Assembly (NCBI RefSeq): GCF_006345805.1
Contig: NC_043000.1
Coordinates: 74,772,001-74,836,000, forward strand
Direction of reading: 5' to 3'
DNA: 64,000 bases
Origin: Octopus sinensis
Lineage: Eukaryota
The stretch's first letter is position 1. Each line of letters begins with the position of its first letter. The position numbers and the translations under genes were made by a program. This document shows positions 1 to 13,368 of this stretch, in pieces. The notes below the pieces were generated by a model that saw only the letters and a program-made list of their open reading frames with translations, was not told the origin of the DNA and made no database searches.

Positions 1-445
1 AATGAAAATAACTGGGTAACGGAAATTATATTTCTTAATACAATGGGCAAAAATTAAATAAGAAATTTTTACAGAAAATAAGGAATTGTACAAGTTGAAG
101 TGAAATTTGTCACTTAGTGAACCAAAGAGCTAGTATCGAAGGAACCAGGAAAAAATCCGTTAACAATAGAAAAACACAAAATCGTTGCAAGAAATTTTTA
201 GGGAAATTAACTAAGTATATGGATTTAAGTGAAATTTTTGAAGTTACTTCTGTCAGTAAATTATGTATGAAATTACTTTCATCGGTAATTGTGAACTTCT
301 TTCTGTCAGTAATTTGTCATTGTTGTTTGAAAACTTACAGTTGAAAACTTACAGTGAAAACAATAGTGATTGACAGAGAGATATAGAGAGATAGAGATAC
401 ATGTGAAAAGTGAATAGACACACATTTCTATTTTATATATTAGAT
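1..445 (+). mobile_element. Possible non-autonomous Helitron/Helentron (DINE-1/Lep1-like) 3' remnant
   Basis: GA-rich microsatellite followed by ...tattttatatattagat, an end resembling these families. No ORF. Confidence 0.3.
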
Positions 446-1591
446 GAGATTGTGGTAATTTTTTGACCAATGGATGTAGAGACAATCACTTTCTGAAAGT
501 TACTTTGCAAAGAGTTACCTCCCTTCTCCAGGAATGGGTATTTTCTACCCCCATAGTGCCTGTTACTCATTATGTGAAAAATTTTAAGAGACTAAAACCA
601 TCCCTAGTACATAAGTAATATATGTTCCCAGTTTGGAGAAAATCAGTTGAAAAATACAGCTGTTATAATCTTTTACACACACACACATAACGGGATTTAT
701 ATTATAGATGTGCAATATCATTAATACAATGTTTGTTTTTTCCAAATTTTTTCTCATGTAGTTATTCAACAAGATTGAGTTTAGTCTTGCTTGACAATAA
801 ATCAATGCTCTACTGTCAAATTTCATTGACTTCATGTTTCCTGGCATTAGTGGCGGCAAATGTTTAAATTCAACAAAAGTGCTTTGATGTTTCTATTAGT
901 CCTTATTTTGTCACAAAATACATAAACACATGCTCACATACAATTACTGTTTGTCAGAATTCAGTCAATTCTAAGGAGGAATTGGACAATAATGTATTCA
1001 TGAAACCTTTAGATGCTCTTAGAATTCTAATCCTAAAGAATTAGGCCTTATAAGAATGATTATGCATTGTTAATCAAGATAAGCATATTTCTAACTTACT
1101 AAAATGTTTTTAGCTTCTAACCTGCATGCCAGTCTTTGATCATAGGTTGTTTTTTGTTTGTCTTTTTTTTTTTTTTTTTTTTGACATATCAGAAACTACA
1201 TTGTCCAAGTGTATCCTTTACTGACAACAGTAGGGTATGGTTTAAGCAAGATTCAGATGCTGTTGGCAGTAGTTGCACAACTAAATTGGGGGTTCCTTGT
1301 TCCTGTTTATTCTTAAATAGATGTATCTTTAATTCTCACTTCTTCAATTTTCTCTTCCTCACTTTTTCTTGATTTATCTATGACTCTTTTCTCCTTTCTC
1401 TTTCTTCTGTTTTGTATTTCATTTCATTCTCTATCTTATCTTTTTCATCTCTTACAATTTGGCTATTTCATAAAATAAATAAATGAAAATCATTGCTGGC
1501 TTTGGCAGAAGGAATATCACAAGAAGTCATGTTCAAATTAGCTTTTATTTATGTATCCTATATATTTGATATATTTTCTTTCTATTTGTAG

Positions 1592-1720
1592 CGGAAACAC
1601 AAATACAATGAGAACAAATTAAAGGCTTTGAAAGCACGAAATGATTATCTTTTATGTATAGAGTCTGCGAATGCTGCCATTAATAAATATTACTCTGATG
1701 ATATCACAGACCTTATGGAT
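1592..1720 (+). CDS. SRGAP: srGAP-family gene, internal exon A (F-BAR region): RKHKYNENKLKALKARNDYLLCIESANAAINKYYSDDITDLMD
   Basis: Polypyrimidine tract + AG at 1590-91, GTAAGT donor at 1721, 129 nt, phase 0/0. Resembles vertebrate srGAP 'KYSENKLK..KARNDYLL' as recalled. Confidence 0.93.
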
Positions 1721-1989
1721 GTAAGTGAAAAAGTTCATGTTCATTACTGTTATCATTATTATTATTATTATCCATTTATTATTATTTTATCTTTTAAAGA
1801 CTTTTTATCTTGATTTTGATTTCATCTTTATAGTATCATTTACAAAGCCCTCCTCCTCAACATAACTCCTTACTCCCAGTTGAGGGCTTTTGCCTTTTTT
1901 GTCTTGCAAGGTACTTGGTGATCCTATTGGTGTCTTGCTTAATGATGAAGTAACTAATATTATGAGATAAATTTGTTTGGTTGTTTCTC

Positions 1990-2680
1990 TTATTTTTTTT
2001 GTTCAATGTATTCTAATCCTTATTATTCATCAACAATTATAACAAACTTGTCAATAAAACATTCTCTTTTATTGTTCACAACTTACCAACATTCTACTAG
2101 CTTGTCAGTGCCTTGATAGTAAAAATCACCTGATCTTGGCTAGGAGAATTCATCAAGCCACAGTTTCAGCTCCATGTCATTGTTGAACAAAACGCCTTGC
2201 AAACTGTTGGCAAACAACTGTAAAAAGTGATAATCTGAAAGCAGTAAGCTGTATATCAGGAGAATACAGTGAGTGTAGTAGAACTTCCTAACAGAGCTCT
2301 TAAATAGCATTATTGGTCAACTTAATGATGTGGAGGTGAGTGCCATCATGTTGAAGAAGCATGCTGTGTCTTCAGTCGGATCATTTCCATTGAATTGTCC
2401 ATTGAGTGATGGGGACATGTGATAGTATCCTTAGTTGACTGGCGTGGATTCTTGTGGATGAGATGAACTCATTCAATCAATTTTCATTTAACTGAACAGG
2501 TCAATTGGAATGCAGAGAATCTATGAGGTTGAATTTCCCCTTCAGTGTGAAAACCACTTGTATGCAGTTTTCTCAGCAATACCACTTTCTCTGTACACAG
2601 TACAAATCACTTAAGTGACTTTGGAAGTTTTGAAACCTTTATTGAAAGTGAAGTCAAGATAATTGATTGTATACTATCTC
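1990..2680 (-). pseudogene. Decayed mariner transposase remnant
   Basis: Reverse strand gives LLQHD.. (~2345-2360) and EVLLHSLYSPDI (~2255-2290), resembling mariner HDN and YSPDL motifs. Many disruptions. Confidence 0.55.
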
Positions 2681-2802
2681 TCTTACAAAAAAGTCATGAT
2701 TTGTGAGCTTAAGTGGTAGTAATTGAGGATGGCTGTGGTAGTTGCTCTAACATTTATCATAGACACTGATTTTAAATATTTATACTTCTTTTTTCCTTAC
2801 AG

Positions 2803-3024
2803 TGTATGAATTTTGGTTACCATAGTTGTGTTGCTCGAACTATGAAAATGTATCTTTCATCCCACGAACAGTTACGTAACTCTCACCAGAGAGCTATTGA
2901 CCGACTGAATCAGTGCATCCAAGGTCTTGATGCTCGGGCAGACAAACAAAAGTTCCTTGAGTTACACAATGCTATGTTCATGTTACCAAAAAAGTTTGAG
3001 TATCAACCATATAAAGGAGATGAG
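2803..3024 (+). CDS. SRGAP: srGAP exon B: CMNFGYHSCVARTMKMYLSSHEQ...PKKFEYQPYKGDE
   Basis: ttttccttacAG acceptor, GTGAGA donor, 222 nt, phase 0/0. Matches the srGAP 'C.DLG.HAS..R....FEFQPH.GDE' pattern. Confidence 0.93.
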
Positions 3025-4388
3025 GTGAGACATAAATTTCTATTGAAAGATTTATAGTTATAATATGCCCATATAAACAATGGATCTACAATACTTTTCC
3101 TTCCTTAAATTTATTTGATATATAACCAAAAAAAGTATTGTTTTCTTGTCTTCTCTGTTGATCATATGATGTTTCCTCTCTTTCTATTTGAAGCTCTCTT
3201 GTGTTCTCTCTTTTTCCAGATGTTTTTCCATTAACTCTCCCAGCAGCCTCTCACAGTGATCCCTCTTTTTCAGTTCCTGAACACACATATCAATTTATTT
3301 ATATTTCAGTATAGATTCGATAAATGATCATCATAGGCTTAGGGAATAGACAAGTTTGCCTCAGAACCACATGGATAGGTGTTTGGTCCTATTGTGTGGA
3401 TGTTGTTAATTGGTCCCCTCTACTATAGCTATGAGTTGACTAATACCTTGTGAATGAAATTGGTAGGCAGGAACTGGAAGGAGTCCATTAGTTTTGTGTG
3501 TTTGTGATTAAGTATATATTCTTCATTTTGACATGTGTGCACTGATCGTAAATGATAGCTTCACCATTCGTACAAATATATCATTTGTTTGCAGTCCTCC
3601 ACAAAAGCATCTCCTGGTTGTTTGATAGTCTGGGAGATTATTACATAGCTTGGCAAGAGATAAAAGTTGTTGCCAGAAAGAGCTTCCAATTGTAGTAACC
3701 TATGCAAGCATGGAGATGATGTAATAGCAGCAGATGCATCTTAACCCTTTCGTTACTATATTTCTGACCAAAAAACACCCCTCATGAGTTTCAATTAAAT
3801 TCTAAAATAATCATGAATTTAGACTAGTTTCATTAAGCAACTATAACTTTTTTACTTATGAACATATTAATGTGATATTTGGGACATAATTGAAGAAAGG
3901 GTTCTTAATCAATTCCATTGCATAATTGTTGTCTCAAAGTGACTCTAATTACAGGTAAATCCAGGTAAACTGAGCAAAAGGTAAAAATATTAAAATTTTG
4001 TTTAAACATTACCATAGAAAATTAGTCCTCAGCTAATATTTAATTGAGGTATGCAACAAAATTTTGATATGGAAGAATTGTGCACATCACTAGATTATCA
4101 GTTGAATTTAATGCACAGAAGAACAGGTGTACCATAAAGGTAAAATAAACTGAAATATTAGAATTTGTTTTTGAAGAAAACTAAAAAATTAAATACAACT
4201 GAATGAAATATACTCACACACATACACAGGAACATATATAATAAAGATTTACAATAGAAATTAAATCAAAACTTGTCACTCACCTTACAGGCAAATTAAA
4301 ATTACAGGTAAATTAAAATAAAAAGTTAAAACTAAGTAAATTTGAAAAATATTTATACAATTTAATTATACATATATACAAACAATAT

Positions 4389-7300
4389 TTACACTATATT
4401 TCTTTCATGGAAAGTTGTAAAACATCCCACTCTACATACTGCAACCTGGCAGAATGCACATTGGAAGGACGTTTCAACTGGCCGTCCACTGGGAGTTTTT
4501 CTTTTTTGATATAGACATTCACGGCACTGCCTTTTGCGACCCCCGATTTTTTCTAATTTATGTAGATCGGCTGAACTCAGAGGAATATCTCTCTGGCAGG
4601 CTTTGCTTTTCCTTCCTGCATTTATTTTTTTTGAGGAATATCCTGCCTTCAACTTAATTGCTACATCTGCCCAGAACTGCAGATGGTCGCACCGCTTGCG
4701 AACCCCTCCTGATTTGGTATATGATATAAATGCATTTACAATGCTCATGTTTGTTATATACCAAACCAGGTATCGCCACCATTTATTACCCGGTCTACCA
4801 ACCGGATAATAACTCATCATCTGGTTCATCCGATCCACACCGCCCATGTACTTGTTGTAATCGAGGTTCACAAACGGAGTGCCATTTTCATCTACACATG
4901 GTTGTGCACTGGTAGATAGAAAATTTATCTGCCTCTTATCTCTGTATGCGGTCGCTAGCAGATTTCCTTTCTGCCGTTGGATTATTTCACCTTTTTTTTT
5001 TAATTTTGCTTTTTTTATATCCAACGACAGCCCTTTTCTACTAGCAATTACTGTAGAACACGTATACGTTGCCACAGCTTCTAAATCCTCTGCAAGTTTG
5101 ACCGAACTGAAAAATCGGTCAAAAAATAATATATGGCCCTGGTTATGGTATGGAAGTGATAAATTCCAGACCACATCGTACCCTAGGCCATGCTGACTTA
5201 CATAATTGTCTCTTTTCCCTGTATAAAAGTTAAATCCACAGCAGTACCCAGTATTTGATTCACATATCTTCCAAACTTTAATCCCCCATTTTGTGGGCTT
5301 TCCTGGCATATACTGCCAAAAACGTACTCGGCCTTTATAGCCCACCATACCCTCATCGACGGATAAATACCTTCCAGGGTTATAAAATTTTTCGGTTAAT
5401 ATAGGGCGTTACGATTATCAGAAAATCAAAAACAAAATGTGTGTAATAGGTGTAAAACAACTTCCTATGAACGAATATGAAAAAAAAAATTCGCGCACGC
5501 GAAAGGGGGGTGGGGGAGAGGCCTCGGAAAATTCACATCGGGAAGTTCCGAAAGCGTCTGAGGGGCTGACCCGGGCACCAAAACAAAAAAAAATAGTGTA
5601 ATAGGTGTAAAACAACTTGCTCTAAACGAATATGAAAAAAAAAATGCGCTCTCGTGAAAGAGGGGTGGGGGAGAGGCTTCGGAAAATTTATATCGGGAAT
5701 TTCCGAAAGCGTCTGAACCGGGCACAAAAACAAAAATAAAAACAGCGAAATAGGTGTAAAACAACTTGCTCTAAACAACTATCATGAAAAAAATGCGCGC
5801 TCGCGAAAGGGGGGTGGGGGAGAGGCTTCGGAAATTTCACATCTTCAGTCCACGGCCTTTAAACTAAGAAAAAATAGTGTAATTGGTGTAAAACTACTTG
5901 TTCTAAACGAGTATCAAGAACACACACTCACACATGAATCATAAACTCCGTATTTTTGTACATATTTCGCAAAAAAAAAAATAATAAAGAGAAGAAATTC
6001 TGGAAAAAGTGAAGAAATGTTGGATCTCCGCCATGTGAATCAAAATACGTGTCAGAAACATCTTGAAATACTACAGAAATTATGTTACGAAAATGATAAT
6101 GTATACATACCTCTTTGAGTGCTCCATCAACAATGATGATAAAGAAATGAGTTGGATTTGAACTCAGAATATTGACTAACACAACTACATACTACAAGAC
6201 TCAAAATATTCAGCCAAGTCACCACCCTTTAACTAGCAATAATAATAACATCAATAACATAACAGCCAAAAGATTTATTTGTTCTGAAAATAACAATCAT
6301 AGTAAATAAATATGTTCTTTAATATTCACATTCATGTGCACAGTTAAACACACATGCATAATACAGAACGGAACACATAAATGAAGGATGCATTACTTAG
6401 TATATATTACATCTAGAGAATTTTGATTCATAAGTCAAATATGCAAATTATAAAGATAATTAATTGCTTTACTAAACAGTGTTGTAAAGGTGAAAAAATA
6501 AATTTGGGAAAAAAATACACGCCAAAACTAATTAATAAAGGATAATTAGGGAAGGATTGACACAAAATAATTATTTTTTCTGTCTCTTTTTTTCTGATAA
6601 ATGCATCTTAATAAGTGAGAAGAATTGCATATATCTGAACTATTTCAAAGAAAAGCATAAATTTAATGTTTAAAATAGCTTTAACCAAGGAATGAGATCC
6701 AACATTTCTTCACTTTTTCCAGAATTTCTTCTCTTTATTATTTTTTTTTTTTTTGCGAAATATGTACAAAAATACGGAGTTTATGATTCATGTATGAGTG
6801 TGTGTTCTTGATACTCGTTTAGAACAAGTAGTTTTACACCAATTACACTATTTTTTCTTAGTTTAAAGGCCGTGGACTGAAGATGTGAAATTTCCGAAGC
6901 CTCTCCCCCACCCCCCTTTCGCGAGCGCGCATTTTTTTCATGATAGTCGTTTAGAGCAAGTTGTTTTACACCTATTTCGCTGTTTTTATTTTTGTTTTTG
7001 TGCCCGGTTCAGACGCTTTCGGAAATTCCCGATATAAATTTTCCGAAGCCTCTCCCCCACCCCTCTTTCGCGAGTGCGAATTTTTTTTTTCATATTCGTT
7101 TAGAGCAAGTTGTTTTACACATATTACACTATTTTTTTTTTGTTTTGGTGCCCGGGTCAGCCCCTCAGACGCTTTCGGAACTTCTCAATGTGAATTTTCC
7201 GAGGCCTCTCCCCCACCCCCCCTTTCGCGGGCGCGAATTTTTTTTTTCATATTCGTTCATAGGAAGTTGTTTTACACCTATTACACACATTTTGTTTTTG

Positions 7301-8022
7301 ATTTTCTGATAATCGTAACGCCCTATATTAACCAATTTTTCGTAGGCATTTTGAACACCGTCAATGAGGGGTCTTATTTTAAATAAGGGATCAAAGTTTG
7401 GTTCTCCACGTACGGGGGTACTGCTAGTGTCTCTCACATGTAAATACTGGCTCAGTTTTACAAATCTTATACGGGTCATAATGCTGGAAACACAATGATC
7501 CCCAAAAAGTTCCTGGTTGCTCCAGTAATTCGTTATTCTGGGCAATTGCTTTATGCCCATAATAATATTTATGGCAAAAAATGCCCGCATTTCTTTTACA
7601 GTTGTTGGGTACCACAAGCTGTCTTTTTTCCGTGTTTGTTTACTTTCTGCGTAACGGTTTGTCTCCGCAGTTATAGCTTCAAACAAGCATACAGGAAAAA
7701 ATTAAAAAAAGAAGTCGATTGGTCTCGCTTCCTCAGAAAGACTATGGGTAGGCCCTGGCTCCCCAGAAAAATCGTCAATCGACACCTTTTTTAATTTTTT
7801 ACTCCATTCTGGTGTAAATTTATCCTTTGTGTTGCCGCTTTCACTTTCTGATGAATCGCTTTCAATCTCTGATGAATCGCTTTCGGATATTGAAACATCC
7901 GATTCAAATTCATCCACCACGTGCTTTTTTGCTTCATTCGTTCTTCTCAAAATCTCCAGATCTTCTCTTGAAAAACCTTCAAATTCGGAGTCACTGCTTG
8001 ATAGCATAAAACGGCTCTCCAT
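4389..8022 (-). pseudogene. piggyBac transposase, ~561 codons after removing the insertion, one in-frame stop at 7702-7704
   Basis: Acidic N-terminus, ETNRYA, FDPLFKIRPL, SVDE, GKPTKWGIK, FFDRFFSS, YNKYMGGVD and a C-terminal Cys-rich domain. Removing the insertion plus one TSD copy restores the frame NAYEK-FYNPGRYLSVDEGM. Confidence 0.93.
5394..7333. mobile_element. Non-autonomous foldback-type DNA transposon with ~635-bp inverted arms
   Basis: Arms 5394-6028 and 6694-7333 are near-perfect reverse complements with termini GGTTAATATAGGGCG. 8-bp TSD AATTTTTC at 5386-93 and 7334-41. Arms contain ~150-bp subrepeats. Spacer is AT-rich and non-coding. Confidence 0.92.
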
Positions 8023-10242
8023 TTTGAAAGTTGATAAAAAATTTCAGTTGATAAAAATTTGGAAAAAAATCTCCAAAAATTCGCAGAGTTCAAATATCAC
8101 GCCAAACAATGTCGGATACAATAACTCAAGTGTTAGCAAAGTGAAATCACGTGTTTTAACGAGTGTACCAACGAGATTTGGGTTCAAATTTACATTTAAA
8201 TAACAATAGGTTCTCACGGCCGGCTGTGGCCGGGTTAGTAACATAAACCAAAAAATTCAGCAGCCGGGTTAGTAACGAAAGGGTTAAGCATTTATTCAGA
8301 ATATTGTTTGGTTTTTGATTTGCTGTAGTGATTATGAGGAATCTATATATGTTATTTTGGTAAAATGTCATTTTCCATTTACATGTTCAGTATACTCTAT
8401 CAAATAATCTGTACAGGTTAAAATTACAAAATTTATTTTGAGGTACTTTCATAAAATACTGAAATAATTTCAGTCATTCTGAAAAATTGTGGTTTTCTTC
8501 AGAACTTTTGCCTCTTTTAAAAACTGTTCTACCATTATGTAATTGTGTATTATCTTTGAGAAATGGTGTTACTAGGATAGCATACAATATAAAAGTTTCT
8601 TCCTTTTTATTTCTTTTCTTTTTGTTAGCACCGTCTTATTTATGTGGAGCTGGTTGTCTTCATACCAAAGATTATCCCAGAGAACATTTTATTTATGTTG
8701 TGTTGTATCCTGTTATTGTTGTTTATCCCCAGATCAATCCTGATTGAATAGACTTATGATCAACGGTGTTCAGGTCATGACAATACCCCATGTCAACTTT
8801 CATTGAACAGACATATTATCAAAGATTATCAAGCCATCACCTTGTTTGTAGCTTCAAGTCAGTCCTGACTGAACTGACCTGTAACTAAAGGGATTCAAAC
8901 CATGACATTGCATTCTTTTTTATGGTGTACATTGCTTGTTCTTTGTTCTCAAAGATGATCAAAACTCAGCATTAGCATATATGTTTAAGTCTGGTGGTCC
9001 AGAGGGAGCTGATAAGGCCTATTTGGGTTACAAATCCTCTTCTGTATGTGGGGTAAATACAAGAAGAGTTGTTTGTTTCACCACTGAATTGGGATTCTTG
9101 CAAACTATGGCTGTATTTGAAGCACTTTTTCTAACTTTGTCCTCAGGCTGCCAAGAAGAGCAGAATGATACTATAAAAAGACCACTCAATTACACAGAGG
9201 GATGTGGGACTCCACAACTGCTTTTCTTTAGCAGAGAATGATTCACCTGACCCACCTGTGTACAGGTTTTGCAACTGTGACTTAAGTGCAACCTCATTTA
9301 CTGAATTGCTGCTCCCTCATCACCAGCTGACTTTTTCAGTCTTAATTTATAGTGAAGGAAAATTGTTCCATTTCTCACCTCCCATCTCTGATTTCCTAGT
9401 CGTATGATATGGTGTGGCTAAGATAACTAGGGGTTCTACAGTGAAATGATCAAGACAATCTATGTATCTCATTATGCTCTTAGGTATATTCCTACTGCAA
9501 TGTTGCTGGACATTTCCTTTCTGCCCATTGAAACTTGACTACCAAAAACTCCAGTCCATCACATGCCTCTTAAACTTGTATATGTACATGCAGTTGGATG
9601 ACCATTGACTCTCCTGAGTTCGTCCACACTTTGACAGGTTTTGTTTTCATCTTGCAGTGTGCAAAAATCAGCCTCCTCATCAAATAGGCTCAGTAGATTT
9701 ACCAGTTTAGTCGTTGACAAACTGAGCATGCAACAGGTCGTACTGGGTTACATGTTACCAGCAATACTCATGAGTATCCTGACAAAGCATAGTGTATCTA
9801 GTATTGTGTTTTCATAGTTACATATTTTCCTTTCATTTTTAAAATGGTAGGATGTTGTTAATGAAAAATTTAGCTGTAAACAAGTACACAAAAGCCTCCG
9901 CTTTGTTTTGTTGCATCATGTTTATGGAATTTGGCAGAACCAACTTATTCTTAACTTTCTCATCTGAATTTCAGTCCAGCAAATGCTTTCAATTAATCTA
10001 TTTCTCGTACATTATTGTTTTGAAAAATATATTCTTTTCTAGTTGCAACCCACAGGCTGTGGTAATGTTGGGGCACCACCATCAATAATATTTTTAGATT
10101 TTATTTCTTGCAACTCTGTAGCTATTATTGTTTTTAACAATATGTAATCCTTCACTATAAATAAAATACGAATTAAACATTTTGTCTGAAAATATTTTTG
10201 TTTTAATTTCACTGCTAAATATTCTTTTTTTCCTCTTTTAAG

Positions 10243-10335
10243 GCACGCTCTATCAATGCAGTTGTGGATGAAATGACTCATCGCTGTGAAACCTTAAAAG
10301 CACGATTAGAAGGTGTACACTTAGAAAATGATGAA
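10243..10335 (+). CDS. SRGAP: srGAP exon C: ARSINAVVDEMTHRCETLKARLEGVHLENDE
   Basis: Pyrimidine tract + AG at 10241-42, GTTAGT donor, 93 nt, phase 0/0. Aligns to the srGAP 'LQSRL.TLKIENEE' coiled coil. Confidence 0.85.
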
Positions 10336-11961
10336 GTTAGTAAAGGATGTTTACTTTACTCTCCTGGCTTAGGAAGCATTCATTAATGTCATTGCCTGTT
10401 GTGTTTCTATATAAATTCATACTTTAGATTTTAAAACTATTGGTCTTCACAGAAAAAGAAATTTGCTTTGAATTCATTTGTTTGTTGTTTTGTTTTTTTC
10501 TGTTTGTTTTTTTTTTTAATACTGGAAACCTTTGGAATTGTTTAAAAGATAAGAAGTATCCCTACTTTAAATATCCAACACAACTATAGTAGTGGAACTT
10601 AAACTCTTATATCATATTTTTTTGCTACTCAGCTACAACAGATTCTTGAAGATTATTGCCAAAAATGTATTGATTTTTTAAAAAATTTGGATATGATTAG
10701 GAATATACTCGAACATTTTTTGATTGTTATGTCAAAAATATATATATATTAAACTGTAAAAAATTATATACCTAAATCGGCTTGCATGGTTGAATGAGTA
10801 ATTGAGCAATAGTCATATTTTTGTTAAAAACATTTAATATAAAGCTGAAATGGAGAGTGTTGCAGAACTGAAGGGGAATGATTGGATATGTCTGTGGGAT
10901 GGGTAACAAGTGTAGGAGAGATGGATGCATCAGGTGGGCTGGAACAAACATGGTATATTGCTACTTAAGAACCACAGAGGGTTATATTTGTCAAGGTGGA
11001 AGAGGTATGAAACAGTATGTAACCTGCTAACTCTCACTAACATGTCTTATCTACTGGCTTACAAATCAAGTGGGTGAGATCTGTTAATGAGAGAGAGAGT
11101 TTGCAAGCAGCCACACAATCTTCTTTGACATTCTAGAACCTGTGTAATTTTAGTAGTAGATGTGTAAGCAGTTTTCTGGCATGAGCTTTGTATATGGTTA
11201 GGAAGTGATCAGGTTTAAATTATTTTCTGTATTTTGCAATGATCAAAAGTGTTGATTAGATGCATTATTAAAAGTATTTTGCCTTTATAATTATTAATCT
11301 CTGCTAATCAATTTGATGAAGAATGTTTATTTTTGTTATAGTATTTGAATTTTTTACTCAACCAACCATATAACTTTGTAATTGCTATATTTTAACCAAA
11401 ATATTCATAATACCAAATCTTGATTCAAAAAGTATTGTGACCAACACGTCAATTTCAGGCTCTAAAAATAAATGATTATATATAGCTGGGTGATATTTGT
11501 GGCGTCAATAAAGAAAATTGTGCTAGCTGAGGTCAAATATATGTCTTTCAAAGACACCATATTATACTTGTAGCAGGATTTGAACTTGCAAGTTTAGAGT
11601 TCAACTTCAAAGTCACTACCTGTTGTTTTCACTTACAACTTTTTAAGGATTTTTTCTTTCATCATTTACACTTCTAAATGACTAATCAAGCTCATCCTCC
11701 AACTCTTTTTATTCTTTGGTTAACTTCTTATCCCAAAGAATTATCCTGAATTCTATTGGGATTGTTTTGAAAAACTTTTTGTATCAGAAACCACTTTTAT
11801 CCACTAGATTGAGGTAAATAACTGTTGGCTATCTACATAATGTACATAATGTAAGAACAAAAGTAAAACATTGAAGTTAGCAGTAAGCTCTTTAATTTCT
11901 GTTGAATGGTTAGTGAAATTGAAGCTATTTATATTACATTTCTTTCACTTTTCTATCACAG

Positions 11962-12132
11962 TTGTGGAAAACACTTGAGACTGCCGAAAACTCTCTTATG
12001 AAAATGATCTCTGTGAACGATCACGATGTGACACTCCTCTTCTTAACTGATAACCCTCCTCCACCAAAGTCTCCACATGAGGCTGCAAAACACAAAGCAG
12101 ATCGCTTGGAGACAGAGTCCTATTATCTTTCT
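11962..12132 (+). CDS. SRGAP: srGAP exon D: LWKTLETAENSLMKMISVNDHDVT...KADRLETESYYLS
   Basis: tcacAG acceptor, GTAAGT donor, 171 nt, phase 0/0. Similar to srGAP 'KTL.AT...L..M..VED.DV...ETE.FY'. Confidence 0.9.
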
Positions 12133-12534
12133 GTAAGTTTTTTTTTTTTTTTTGGTTTTCTTTTTTTCTTAACTTGTTCCTCCAGAATCATCAATCAAAA
12201 ATCTTTATTAATTTTAAATTGAAAACACTTTATTTTATCTTAATTTTTACTCCTTGCTTTCAATAGCCAGTTATAAATTTAAATTAGGATCCTAAGCAGT
12301 TTCTGATTTTAGAGACTAGTTTTAAAAGTCTATTTTGTGTTATCAAAAGTTCATATTTTATTTGAAAATGTAAAATTATATGACTAAAGTTCTCAGAAAA
12401 TTATAAATTTGCTATAAGTTTGGTGAATAATTTTTACTTTATATTTAATTTCACCTTGGTAGAGTTATATTAGTTATTTAAAAAACATTTACTGTGATAA
12501 TCACTTTTATTCATTTATTTTAAATGTATTCTAG

Positions 12535-12647
12535 AAATTTAAGGAATACACGCTTAGCTGTAATCGTCTTGCTCGGTTGCAATCAAAACACAACGCTATA
12601 CAGAAAGCTGCTGGTGAAGGTATAAACAATTCAGGAACCATAATGCG
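12535..12647 (+). CDS. SRGAP: srGAP exon E: KFKEYTLSCNRLARLQSKHNAIQKAAGEGINNSGTIM(R)
   Basis: ttctAG acceptor, GTAAGA donor at 12648, phase 0/2. Similar to srGAP 'KFKEY...NLI.KLQAKH...LGEG'. Confidence 0.88.
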
Positions 12648-13324
12648 GTAAGATGTGTTAAAAATAAACTTCATTGCATAAAGTCAAAATAATTATTCCA
12701 GCTTTTAATCAGATTTGTTTTATATAAGAATTATTTTCAAATATTCCAAACAGCACACATTTTCAGCTAAAACATCTAACACTTTTTACTTGGAATCTGT
12801 TCTTTTTATCTTGACTTTTCTGAATAATGTATATCAATAAATTAAGTACTAAACTGAAATAAATACTATGGTCAACACAATCAACTAAAGCTTTTGAAGT
12901 TGGATACCACAAAATAGTTGCAAGTACAATGATGAAAACCAGTAAAAGACACTTGCCCAACCCAGGGTCCCACTGTATGGCACCATGAGTTGTGTAAGTC
13001 TCTTTTACTACAGCACCAAGCCAATCAAAGTCTTGTAAATGAATTTGGTTGTAGGATACTGAAAGAAGCCAGTGTGTATGTGTACTTGTCCCTCCATGCC
13101 TTGACAGTGATGGTTGGTGACAGGAAGGGCATCTCATTGTAGAAAATCTACTCCAAGGAATTCCATCTGACCCATGCAAGTGTGAAAAGTGGACATTAAA
13201 ATGATGATGATAAATCTATAATTATTATTTAATAAACACAATATGTGCCATTTAATAAACTAATATGTGCCACTAACATGATTTTATAACACATCTGGTG
13301 TCCCAACACAATCATCAGACATTG

Positions 13325-13368
<44 letters not shown>

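Larger units (their letters stand above)
3745..8283 (-). mobile_element. piggyBac transposon (PGBD4-like), complete termini, interrupted by a nested insertion
   Basis: TTAA at 3741-44 and 8284-87. 14-bp TIR CCCTTTCGTTACTA at 3745-3758 and 8270-8283. Subterminal repeat GCCGGGTTAGTAAC at 8229 and 8263. Confidence 0.95.

Noticed and set aside
5500-5530. G-quadruplex in foldback subrepeats
   Set aside because: Only two long G runs per unit, so not a canonical four-tract motif.
5418-7386. Mirror-image ORFs on both strands
   Set aside because: By-products of the foldback inverted arms. They are Phe/Pro-rich with no recognisable domain.
10043-10061. Possible srGAP micro-exon (ttttctAG...GTAATG) upstream of exon C
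   Set aside because: 19 nt would shift the frame. A 6-nt variant (10056-10061) has no supporting evidence.
12619-12625. Alternative donor GAAG|GTATAA in exon E
   Set aside because: Weak consensus, and phase 1 is incompatible with the phase-2 acceptor at 59961.
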